Shown here: positions 23,705-31,816 of the stretch, piece by piece
How the letters are laid out: every line of letters starts with the position of its first letter
How positions within the stretch are numbered: position 1 is the stretch's first letter
Source of the DNA: a virus
Taxonomy: Duplodnaviria > Caudoviricetes
DNA: 51,471 bases
Virus record (IMG/VR): IMGVR_UViG_3300037047_000144
Span: 1-51,471 of that record
Reading direction: 5' to 3' (one strand)
Position numbers and translations under genes: made by a program
The notes under the pieces: model-generated
What the model saw: only the letters and a program-made list of their open reading frames with translations
Told to the model about the DNA's origin: nothing
The model's database searches: none

Positions 23705-24694
23705 ATGAAGATGAATCACATGCCGGTCGCCCTGTTCGGCGAGGAGCGGGGGATCGTGATGCTGGGCCAGGACAACGGCCAGCAGCAGCCCGGGCAAATC
23801 TGCCTGGTCAACGAGGCGCGGTTCACCGCGGCCAACTTCAGCGAGCCGCTGACGACGTTCGCCGTGGGCTGGAAGGCCCCGGAGGACGTGCAGCGCGAGC
23901 TGGACATCGTCTGCCCGCGCGTGCTGGTGGCGCGCCGGTTCGAGTACAAGAGCGCGACGAACGCGGAGGAGTTCCTCTCGGAGGCGGATGACATCCGCTC
24001 GGTGGGCGCGGCGTTCAAGCGCGTCGAGTCCAAGGGGACGAGCGTCAACTCGAAGACGCATAACAAGGGCCTGACGCTCCGCCTGGATCGCGACGAGATG
24101 ATCCCTGGCGACGAGGAGCGCGCGGTGCAGAAGCTGCTGCGGCGGCTGCTGCTGAACGACCTGCGGCGCGGCTACACGGGCCTCGTCGCGGGGGCGACGA
24201 ACACGGCGAAGACCTGGAACTCGTCGTCCGATCCGGACATGGATGTGTTGACGGACATCGACACGGGCGGCGACGCCCGCGGGATCGACGGCAACATCGT
24301 CGTGTACGGCAAGAGCGCGTGGCTCAAGCGCCAGCTCGCTCTGCGGGCCTCGGACAAGGCCGGCGCGTTCGCGGGTGCGGCGATTCGCACGCCGGAGGAG
24401 CTGGCGGCGCAGCTGGGCGTGGACAAGGTCCTCGTCAGCAAGGTCCGCTACCAGTCCAGCTCGACGGCGAAGAGCAAGGCGATCGGCGGGGCCTACGTGC
24501 TCATGTACTACGCCCAGGAGGCGGCGGACCGCGAGGATGCCTCGAACATCAAGCGGTTCGTGACGCCGACCGAGGCGGGCGACTACCGCGTGTACCGCGA
24601 GGAGCACGCGAAGTTCATCGACATCTCCGTCGAGCATTACTCGCACGTGGTCGTGACGAGCACGCTCGGCATCCGCATGTTCACGGTCAGCTAG
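23705..24694 (+). CDS. Major capsid protein
   Basis: 329 aa; FSEPLTTFAVGW start motif typical of this capsid group; expected position. Confidence 0.8.
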   Translation: MKMNHMPVALFGEERGIVMLGQDNGQQQPGQICLVNEARFTAANFSEPLTTFAVGWKAPEDVQRELDIVCPRVLVARRFEYKSATNAEEFLSEADDIRSVGAAFKRVESKGTSVNSKTHNKGLTLRLDRDEMIPGDEERAVQKLLRRLLLNDLRRGYTGLVAGATNTAKTWNSSSDPDMDVLTDIDTGGDARGIDGNIVVYGKSAWLKRQLALRASDKAGAFAGAAIRTPEELAAQLGVDKVLVSKVRYQSSSTAKSKAIGGAYVLMYYAQEAADREDASNIKRFVTPTEAGDYRVYREEHAKFIDISVEHYSHVVVTSTLGIRMFTVS

Positions 24695-24788
24695 GGCTGG
24701 CCGAAACGGTACTGAAGACGCCACGGGCGCCGGCCGGCGCGTGAAGGCCGGCCGGCGCCAGGCGAAAAAAGAAAGCGAGAGCGAAACA

Positions 24789-25217
24789 GTGAAGAGCATT
24801 TCCAAGCTGGCGGCCCTGGCGGTCGCCCTGATCATCACGGCGTGCGTTGCCGTGCCGGCCGAGTCGGCCGAGACCGCGTTCCAGAAGGACGTGACCGTGA
24901 CCAACGGGGCGGGGTCGTGGACCTACTCCGAGGGCGTGAACAACCAGGCGTTTTCGGCGTGGAAGCCGACGCACTTCTGGTTCCGCGGATCGACGATCGA
25001 TACGGGCCTGGTCTCGACCGTGACGGTGAAGCGGGTGCGGGGCACCGTGACGAATGCGACGGCGCTGGCGACGTTCTTCGTCGGCAGCAACGCACAGGAG
25101 GCGGTGTTCTACCCGACGAACACGCAGTGGCTGTTCCGGAACGACACGCTGCTGGCGACGTACCTGTGTACGAACTCGCGCCACGGCACACTGGACATCA
25201 CCGGGGTGGAACAGTAG
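24789..25217 (+). CDS. Signal-peptide-bearing beta-rich protein, paralog of 25763-26152
   Basis: GTG start; KSISKLAALAVALIITACVAVPAESA leader; TVTVKRV shared with the paralog. Confidence 0.7.
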   Translation: MKSISKLAALAVALIITACVAVPAESAETAFQKDVTVTNGAGSWTYSEGVNNQAFSAWKPTHFWFRGSTIDTGLVSTVTVKRVRGTVTNATALATFFVGSNAQEAVFYPTNTQWLFRNDTLLATYLCTNSRHGTLDITGVEQ

Positions 25218-25272
25218 CTGCCCTCCGCGGGGCCCCAGGCCGGGGCCCCGCGGGCGGCGGGAGGATTTCCCG

Positions 25273-25722
25273 ATGCCTGCATGGGTGACAATCGCGGTGA
25301 CGGACCTGCGCGACTACCTGGTCGACGCGCAGCTCGGCGCCCTCCGGACGGCCGCGCTGGGCTCCGGCCAGGCGGACCCGTTCACGAAGACCATGCAGGA
25401 CCGATGCAACTACGTCCGCAACCGCATTGCAAGGCGCCTGTCGGTGTCGGCGACGGCCTACGCGGTGCCGCCGGAGCTGAAGACGACGGCCTGCGTGCTG
25501 ATCATCGAGGCCATGCAGACGCGGCTGCCGATGCCGCTCTCGGACGATCAGAAGCGGATGATCGACCGGGCCTACAAGGATCTGGAGATCGCCGGCACCG
25601 ACGATTTCCCCATCAGCACGCCGGACGATGCCGAAACGCCGGAGGTCCAGACCTCCGCCGGCGTCGAGGTTGCAAGCTCGATCACCCGGAAGGCCACGCG
25701 GGACACGCTGGCGGGACTTTGA
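25273..25722 (+). CDS. Head-tail adaptor (Mu gp36/DUF1320-like)
   Basis: WVTIAVTDL, YVRNRI, VPPELKTTACVL, AYKDLEIAG. Confidence 0.75.
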   Translation: MPAWVTIAVTDLRDYLVDAQLGALRTAALGSGQADPFTKTMQDRCNYVRNRIARRLSVSATAYAVPPELKTTACVLIIEAMQTRLPMPLSDDQKRMIDRAYKDLEIAGTDDFPISTPDDAETPEVQTSAGVEVASSITRKATRDTLAGL

Positions 25723-25762
25723 TTTTCAACAGGACCGAAACCACGAACGGAAGGAACCGACG

Positions 25763-26152
25763 ATGAAAAAGAGAATCGCAATCGCACTGGCGGCGCTGGG
25801 GATCGGCGCGGCCGCACTGGCGGGGATCGAGTACAGCCGGGCCACGGTGGACCTGGGCGCCACCACGGGCACCGGCGCCTGGACGAACGGCTACGGCTAC
25901 TCGGCCATCAAGATCGTCCGGATCTGGGACAACTCGAACCTCGTGGCGGCGAACACCGTCACCGTGAAGCGCGTGCTGACCGGCACGACGATCACGCAGA
26001 CGCTCGGCAGCGCCGCGTTCACCTCCGGAAACGCCGGGGATTCGGGCACGCTGACGGGCTCCTACGCGAAGTACCAGGACGAGCTGCTGTTCAGCTCGAC
26101 GGCCGTCACCGGCTCGACCGTGACGATCGACTTCGAGGTCCAGCGGCACTGA
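25763..26152 (+). CDS. Signal-peptide-bearing beta-rich protein
   Basis: MKKRIAIALAALGIGAAALA-G classic Sec leader; strong RBS. Confidence 0.75.
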   Translation: MKKRIAIALAALGIGAAALAGIEYSRATVDLGATTGTGAWTNGYGYSAIKIVRIWDNSNLVAANTVTVKRVLTGTTITQTLGSAAFTSGNAGDSGTLTGSYAKYQDELLFSSTAVTGSTVTIDFEVQRH

Positions 26153-26200
26153 GCAGCGAAGGATGAGGGCTGAGGGATGAAACCTGAAAGAGGAACCGCC

Positions 26201-28090
26201 ATGAAGCACGAGATCCGAGGTCCGAGGACCGAGGTCCGGAGTCCGGCTTTCAGGTTTCAGGTTTCCGCCTTCATCCTTCTGCTGGCGGCGGCCGCCGCCC
26301 CCGCCCAGGACACGCTGTACCGGGAGATCACCCGGACGAACAACGTCAACCTGACGCAGGCGCGGGACGCGATCGCATGGTACCAGGGCGAGACGATCCG
26401 CTATGACCTGCGGATCATGCGGGGGTCGCTGGCCTGGAGCCTGCCGACGAACACGATCCCGGTCTGGAGCGTGACGGATGCCAGCCTGACGAACTTCCTC
26501 CTGCACACGACGGGGACGGTGGTCACGGCCACGAACGGGCTCGTCCGCTTCGAGGCGGATGCTGCGACGACGGCGCTCACGAACGCGACGGATTACCAGA
26601 GCATCGTCGTGCTCTATCAGCAGGCCGCGGGGACGAACCGCTACATCGGCGTCGGGGACCGCACGAGCGCGAGGGTGATCGCGAACCCGAACTACACGGG
26701 CAGCCTCGTGCCGCCGATCTCGGACGCCGAGGGCCTGGCCACCCTGCAGGCGCTCATCGTCGCAACCGGCTCCAACGCGACGACCGCCCTGACGGCCGCC
26801 AACACCGCGTTCACGAACGCGGCCTCCGCTCAGGCGACGGCGAACGCTGCCCACACGAATGCGGCCTCAGCGCAGGGCACGGCGAACAGCGCCGTGACGA
26901 ACGCGGCCACCGCCCAGGTGACCGCCGATGCGGCCCACACAAATGCGGCCTCCGCGCAGGGCACGGCCAATAGCGCGATGACCAACGCCGCCGCCGCGCA
27001 GTTGACGGCGGACGCTGCCCACACCAATGCGGCCTCCGCCCAGGCGACCGCGAACACGGCCATGACGAACGCGGCCTCCGCTCAGGCGACGGCGAACGCT
27101 GCCCACACCAATGCGGCGGCCGCCCAGGGGACGGCGAACAGTGCGATGACCAATTCCGCAGCCGCGCAGCTGACGGCGGATGCGGCGCACACGAACGCGG
27201 GGCTGGCCTACGCGCTGGCCGGGGCCGCCGTGCCGACGTCGAGCGCGGGGGCGCTGGCGTACCAGTCGGCGATTCACCTGGGGCAGCTGACGAACGCGGG
27301 CACGCTGGCGGGCGGCTACTACGTCTCAAACCAGTGGGCGAACGCGGGGGCGCTAAGGTTCGGGACGGACTACGCGGATTCGATCGGGGATGAGTCGGCG
27401 TTCGCGCAGGGGATACTTGTTTATAACGACATGTTCAGCGCCGGCTACCGGATGTCGAACAGCACGGTGCTGGCGACGTGGATGGGGCTGGGCGGCCTGT
27501 CGAAGTCGAACAGCCTGACAGTGGCGGATGTTGCGGGGCTGGGAGGGCTGGCGGAAAGCAATTCGATTCGCCTGGCGAATATCGCGGACGCCGGCACGGC
27601 GGCTGCGGCACCGTCGAACGCGTTCGTTCGGGCGGATCGCGACGTGGAGTGGGTTTCGTTGGGCTACCCGGTTCTGGTGACGACGTTCCTCGCGACGGTG
27701 CCGGGCGGCTTTGGCTACGGCATCGGGTACGCGTCCAATGCCTATAGGACCGCTCGATGGTGGTTGCCCTACACCTGCACCGCGACGGGCGCGTTGCTTG
27801 CGACGCAGTGGGCCTGCCAGACGGGCGAACCGTCGCGGGTTTACAACGTTGCAATCTACCATGCGGTCAGCAATGGGGGCCACTTTGGTACTGTGCCGAT
27901 GAATCCCACGAACGCGGCGCTGCGACACTCGAACGGGTGGGGATACCTGTCGCTGACAAACACGATTCGCGTGCCGTATGGCTGCGAAAATCACGCACTC
28001 CTGCTGGACAACGGCGCTCCGCCGGCCGGAACGCAGGCGTACAGCAACTACCTCGTGAACCCGCCGAGCCTGAAGTTCCTCTATCCATGA
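26201..28090 (+). CDS. Fibre-like protein: signal peptide, BppU-like attachment domain, 14-aa repeat stalk, fibre motifs, C-terminal head
   Basis: FILLLAAAAAPA-Q leader; WYQGETIRYDLRI...NGLVRF; nine 14-aa repeats; LGGLSKSNSL / LGGLAESNSI fibre-type repeats. Confidence 0.7.
   Translation: MKHEIRGPRTEVRSPAFRFQVSAFILLLAAAAAPAQDTLYREITRTNNVNLTQARDAIAWYQGETIRYDLRIMRGSLAWSLPTNTIPVWSVTDASLTNFLLHTTGTVVTATNGLVRFEADAATTALTNATDYQSIVVLYQQAAGTNRYIGVGDRTSARVIANPNYTGSLVPPISDAEGLATLQALIVATGSNATTALTAANTAFTNAASAQATANAAHTNAASAQGTANSAVTNAATAQVTADAAHTNAASAQGTANSAMTNAAAAQLTADAAHTNAASAQATANTAMTNAASAQATANAAHTNAAAAQGTANSAMTNSAAAQLTADAAHTNAGLAYALAGAAVPTSSAGALAYQSAIHLGQLTNAGTLAGGYYVSNQWANAGALRFGTDYADSIGDESAFAQGILVYNDMFSAGYRMSNSTVLATWMGLGGLSKSNSLTVADVAGLGGLAESNSIRLANIADAGTAAAAPSNAFVRADRDVEWVSLGYPVLVTTFLATVPGGFGYGIGYASNAYRTARWWLPYTCTATGALLATQWACQTGEPSRVYNVAIYHAVSNGGHFGTVPMNPTNAALRHSNGWGYLSLTNTIRVPYGCENHALLLDNGAPPAGTQAYSNYLVNPPSLKFLYP
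26813..27190 (+). repeat. Nine 42-bp coding tandem repeats (TNAASAQxTAxxAx)
   Basis: Exact 42-bp period across 378 bp with synonymous variation. Confidence 0.9.
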
Positions 28091-28551
28091 GCGACACCGC
28101 GGACATCGATCGCGACCCGATCAGCGTGCTGGTCCGGCAGGTGGCGGACGTGCTGGAGGCGCGGCCGTTCTGGAGCAACGTGCCGGTGCTGACGCCGGAG
28201 CGGGGGGACATCGGGGACCAGATGGAGCGGAAGATCGCGGAGCTGGGAATGTGCGCGGCGATCGAGATCCTGAAGGGCAAGGTGGAATACCAGGCCGTGG
28301 GCGTGGGCGCGATCTCGATGCCGGTGGCGATCACGATCTCGGAGAACGTGCTGCTGCACCGCGCGGGCGATGGCTGGAACGGCAAGACTGCCATGTCGGC
28401 GGTGATGGATGTGTTGCTGGCGTTCAACCCGCAGCGGGCCGCGCAGCCGATCACAATCGAGGACTGGGACATGCTGAACGACACGGGCGGGCGCCTCGTG
28501 TTCCAGGTGAATGGAACGGCGCGCGCAGGGTGGACTGAAAACGCGGCCTAA
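28087..28551 (+). CDS. Putative tail terminator/completion protein
   Basis: 154 aa alpha/beta protein directly before the tail tube; positional inference. Confidence 0.5.
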   Translation: MSDTADIDRDPISVLVRQVADVLEARPFWSNVPVLTPERGDIGDQMERKIAELGMCAAIEILKGKVEYQAVGVGAISMPVAITISENVLLHRAGDGWNGKTAMSAVMDVLLAFNPQRAAQPITIEDWDMLNDTGGRLVFQVNGTARAGWTENAA

Positions 28552-28570
28552 CGCCGCAGGAGTATCGACG

Positions 28571-29518
28571 ATGCCTATCACTCGTAGCACGGGAATCATC
28601 CGCGGCCCGGCCGCGATCTCTTTCAGCAGCGCGATCATCTACACGAAGGGCGACATCCAGGTGAAGACCTCGATGCAGACCTTCGACATCCCCTCGGCGG
28701 CCTACGGCAAGGTGGATGTGCGCGAGAAGGAGATCGTGACGGAGCTGACGTTCGAGCCGGTGGGGATGTGGACGACCGCGATTCTCGCGGCGCTGTTCCC
28801 GCACACGAACCCGATCGCGGGGACCTCAATCTTCACGGCGGCGGACAAGCCGGTGATCGTGTGGCCGCTGACGGGCGCGGAGCAGATCACGTACCAGGCG
28901 GGCGCGGTGACGAAGATGCCGTCGATCAAGCTGAAGGCGACGGAGACGGCGTTTGGCTCGTGCACGATCGCCTGCATAGGCAAGGACAACACGGCGCGGA
29001 CGGATGCGGCGAAGCGGTTCGCGATCGCGACGGCGTCGTTCACGGACACCAGCTTCGCGGTGGCGTCGATCTTCACGGTGCCGTACACGCTGGCGTTGGC
29101 CGGGGCGTCGAGCCCGTGGAACTCGTTCAAAACGAAGGCGGGGGTGGAGATCGACTTCAACCTGCAGGTGCCCCCGTTCGACGTGGACGAGGAGGGCATC
29201 GTGGATATGACCCTGCAGGGGCTGGACATCACGGTGAAGTTCCAGCCGGTTGGCATGACGACGGCGCAGATCCTGACGCAGCTCGGCATCCAGGGCGCGG
29301 GCGCGGTGCGCGGCCGCTCGATGGCGGCGGGCGCGGCGGACCTGACGATCGTCGGTCCGGCGGTGGGGGACCCGAGCGTCGTGATCAACGATGTGGCGCT
29401 GGTGGAGGCGCCGCAAGTGTACGGCGCGGTGAACAACCGCGCGGGGGATCTGGTGTGGATCGCGACGCGCCCGGCGGGCTCGGGCGCGATGTTCGCGCTC
29501 TCGACGGTCAGCGCCTAG
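28571..29518 (+). CDS. Major tail tube protein (non-contractile)
   Basis: IIRGPAAISF...TKGDIQV...YGKVD tube motif, apparently duplicated (KTKAGVEIDF...EGIVD); strong RBS; no sheath gene seen. Confidence 0.7.
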   Translation: MPITRSTGIIRGPAAISFSSAIIYTKGDIQVKTSMQTFDIPSAAYGKVDVREKEIVTELTFEPVGMWTTAILAALFPHTNPIAGTSIFTAADKPVIVWPLTGAEQITYQAGAVTKMPSIKLKATETAFGSCTIACIGKDNTARTDAAKRFAIATASFTDTSFAVASIFTVPYTLALAGASSPWNSFKTKAGVEIDFNLQVPPFDVDEEGIVDMTLQGLDITVKFQPVGMTTAQILTQLGIQGAGAVRGRSMAAGAADLTIVGPAVGDPSVVINDVALVEAPQVYGAVNNRAGDLVWIATRPAGSGAMFALSTVSA

Positions 29519-29531
29519 TCGCATTCGCCCC

Positions 29532-30089
29532 ATGCGCGTCCTGCTCGTCATCGCCGGCGACCCCGAGGCGACGTACACGCTCGCCCACGGGGCGGCGCGT
29601 GGCGTCGGGACGCACATGGGGCCGGCAGGCCTTTCGCACAACAGCCGCTTGCTGACGCAGGTGAGCCAGCGGCTGCGCGCGACCTATTCGAAGCCGCGCA
29701 GCCGGGGGAACCTGGCGACGCAGATCGCGTTCACGGTCAAGGTGGAGCTGCCGAGCCTTGAGGATGCGACGGATTACTTCTTCCTCTACCCGCTGCAACT
29801 GCCGCGGGAGGGGACCCTCCGGATCATGACGGGAGCGGGGGACGCGGAGCGGCGGATCGAGCTGGAGGATGCCGTCATTGAGTCGATCGACATACCTCGG
29901 CCGCTGGGGGTCTCGGTGGAGATCACCTACCGGATCATCTGCGGCGGGCCGAAGGCGCAGACCTGGCCGAACGACACCATGGAGGGCGAGCAGGCGCCGG
30001 AGGCGGAGCTGCAGGGCCAGCAGGCGCCGGTGACGGAGATCCAGGGCGAGCACGCGGCGGAGACCGAGATCCAGGGTGAGGCCGGATGA
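29532..30089 (+). CDS. Hypothetical tail-module protein with 10-aa acidic C-terminal repeats
   Basis: EGEQAPEAEL/QGQQAPVTEI/QGEHAAETEI repeats; in operon. Confidence 0.55.
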   Translation: MRVLLVIAGDPEATYTLAHGAARGVGTHMGPAGLSHNSRLLTQVSQRLRATYSKPRSRGNLATQIAFTVKVELPSLEDATDYFFLYPLQLPREGTLRIMTGAGDAERRIELEDAVIESIDIPRPLGVSVEITYRIICGGPKAQTWPNDTMEGEQAPEAELQGQQAPVTEIQGEHAAETEIQGEAG

Positions 30090-30907
30090 TGGCCGCGAAG
30101 CACCAGCCGGCCGGGTTCCGCGAGGCGGTGGCGATGCTTCGCCGCAAGGGCCTTGTTCCTTCGAACATGTCGACGGCGGACTGGGCGCGCGTGGCGGAGG
30201 ATCTCCGCCGGCAGGCGTTCTTCTCCAGCCGCGTGACGAACGCGCAGACGCTACAGACGATGTTCGACGCGCTGCAGCCGGCGGTGGCTCCGGAGTCCGT
30301 CGCCGGCACGCCGGGAACCTACATGGACAAGGCGCGGTTCCGGGAGATCGTGAAGGACCACCTGGCGCGCATCGGCTACGCCCCGGAGCCGGGCAAGGCG
30401 GACGGCCTGCAGGACCTCTCGGCCGACGCGCGGCTTGGCGTCATCTTCGAGACGAACACGCGCATGGCGCAGGGCAACGGGCGTTTCATCCAGGCGAACA
30501 ACCCGAACGTGGTGGACGCCTTCCCGGCGCAGGAGTTGTTCCGCCTCTCGCCCCGGCGCGAGCCTCGGAACTGGCCGGCGCGCTGGCAGGCGGCCGGCGG
30601 CCGCTTTTTTGGCGGCGGGCGGATGATCGACCTGAAGTCGTCGGAGATCTGGCGGCGGCTGTCGATCTGGGACAGCCCAGCGCCGCCCTACGACTGGGGC
30701 TCGGGGATGTGGGTTCGGTCCATCGCCCGCGCGGAGGCGGAGGACCTGGGCGTGATCGAGCGCGGGGCCTCAGCGAAGCCGAACGCGCAGGCGGCGGAAA
30801 TGGCGGCGCAGGCGTCCTCCAAGGGCCTTGCAGGGGGCCTGCTGGATGCCCTCGTGAAGTCTCTGGGCCCCGGCGCGAAGGTGAAGGACGGAGTCCTCTC
30901 TATATAA
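30086..30907 (+). CDS. Mu gpF-like minor head morphogenesis protein
   Basis: QAFFSSRV, RLGVIFETNTRMAQG, PPYDWGSGM. Confidence 0.75.
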   Translation: MMAAKHQPAGFREAVAMLRRKGLVPSNMSTADWARVAEDLRRQAFFSSRVTNAQTLQTMFDALQPAVAPESVAGTPGTYMDKARFREIVKDHLARIGYAPEPGKADGLQDLSADARLGVIFETNTRMAQGNGRFIQANNPNVVDAFPAQELFRLSPRREPRNWPARWQAAGGRFFGGGRMIDLKSSEIWRRLSIWDSPAPPYDWGSGMWVRSIARAEAEDLGVIERGASAKPNAQAAEMAAQASSKGLAGGLLDALVKSLGPGAKVKDGVLSI

Positions 30908-30921
30908 GGAAGGCTAGAATC

Positions 30922-31143
30922 ATGACGACGATCAACCCCGGCCCCGGTTTCAGGCTTCTCGACGATCAGGAGCACGTCCAACCCTCGGACGAGTGGCACG
31001 ACTCGCTTTCCAACACCTGGAAGCCGTGCGACTGGACGAACCCCATGCGCCTCCACCGCGCCGCCGTGGATGAGCCGGTGCGGAGGAAGGTTGCCGTCCG
31101 ACCTCCGTCTTCCGACCTCCGACCTCCGACCTCCGCCCGCTGA
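30922..31143 (+). CDS. Hypothetical small protein
   Basis: AAGGAAGG RBS; PGPGFRLL...DEW...W...VRRK; C-terminus encoded by heptamer repeats. Confidence 0.5.
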   Translation: MTTINPGPGFRLLDDQEHVQPSDEWHDSLSNTWKPCDWTNPMRLHRAAVDEPVRRKVAVRPPSSDLRPPTSAR

Positions 31144-31150
31144 TGCCCCC

Positions 31151-31813
31151 ATGCCCGCCTACGCGATCCAGATCCGCGACACGGCCGTGCCGCTGCTGAA
31201 GAGCATCGTGCGCGAGCTGCAGGCGCGGTCGTTTCTGGAGCCCGTGGGCGAGGCTGGCGTAACGGCGCTGGTCGACAACTTCGCGGAGCGGGAGAGCGCT
31301 CCGGACGCGCACCGCACGGCGGCCGGACTCGGCGCCCGCCCGTCCGGCCTCTATGCCGACTTCGCCAGGGCGACATCGTGGTCGACGACGGATGCCGGCG
31401 TGACGGTGTCCGTGAGCCACGCGGCGGCGGCGCAGCGCTTTCACGGCGGGGAGATCCGGCCGGTCAACGCCAAGTTCCTGACGATCGCGGCGCGGAACGA
31501 GGTGTACGGCAAGCGGGCGCGGGAGTGCGGGATCACGCTGAAGGTGCTCTATGGCCGGGACGGACCCTACGCGCTGGCGGCGGCGGAGGACTACGCGCGG
31601 CGCGTGACGAAGGGGCAGCGCGCGGGCCAGCAGCGCCGGCCGAAGAAGGGCGAGGCGGGCAACGTGGGCCGCGATGGCGTGCTCTACTGGCTGGTCCGCT
31701 CCGTGACGCAGCGGGGGGATCCCCGAGTACTTCCGACGATGGAACAACTGGGCCGGAGGATCGTGGCCAGCCTGCACGGCTGGCTGGACGGCATCCGCGG
31801 CCGGGGGGTTTGA
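31151..31813 (+). CDS. Mu gpG-like virion morphogenesis protein
   Basis: AAQRFHGGEIRPVNAKFLTIA...YWLVRSVTQ...VLP. Confidence 0.7.
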   Translation: MPAYAIQIRDTAVPLLKSIVRELQARSFLEPVGEAGVTALVDNFAERESAPDAHRTAAGLGARPSGLYADFARATSWSTTDAGVTVSVSHAAAAQRFHGGEIRPVNAKFLTIAARNEVYGKRARECGITLKVLYGRDGPYALAAAEDYARRVTKGQRAGQQRRPKKGEAGNVGRDGVLYWLVRSVTQRGDPRVLPTMEQLGRRIVASLHGWLDGIRGRGV

Positions 31814-31816
31814 GTC

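Noticed and set aside
26813-27190. CRISPR array or DGR template/variable repeat
   Set aside because: Contiguous in-frame coding repeats without spacers; no cas or reverse transcriptase gene in the window.
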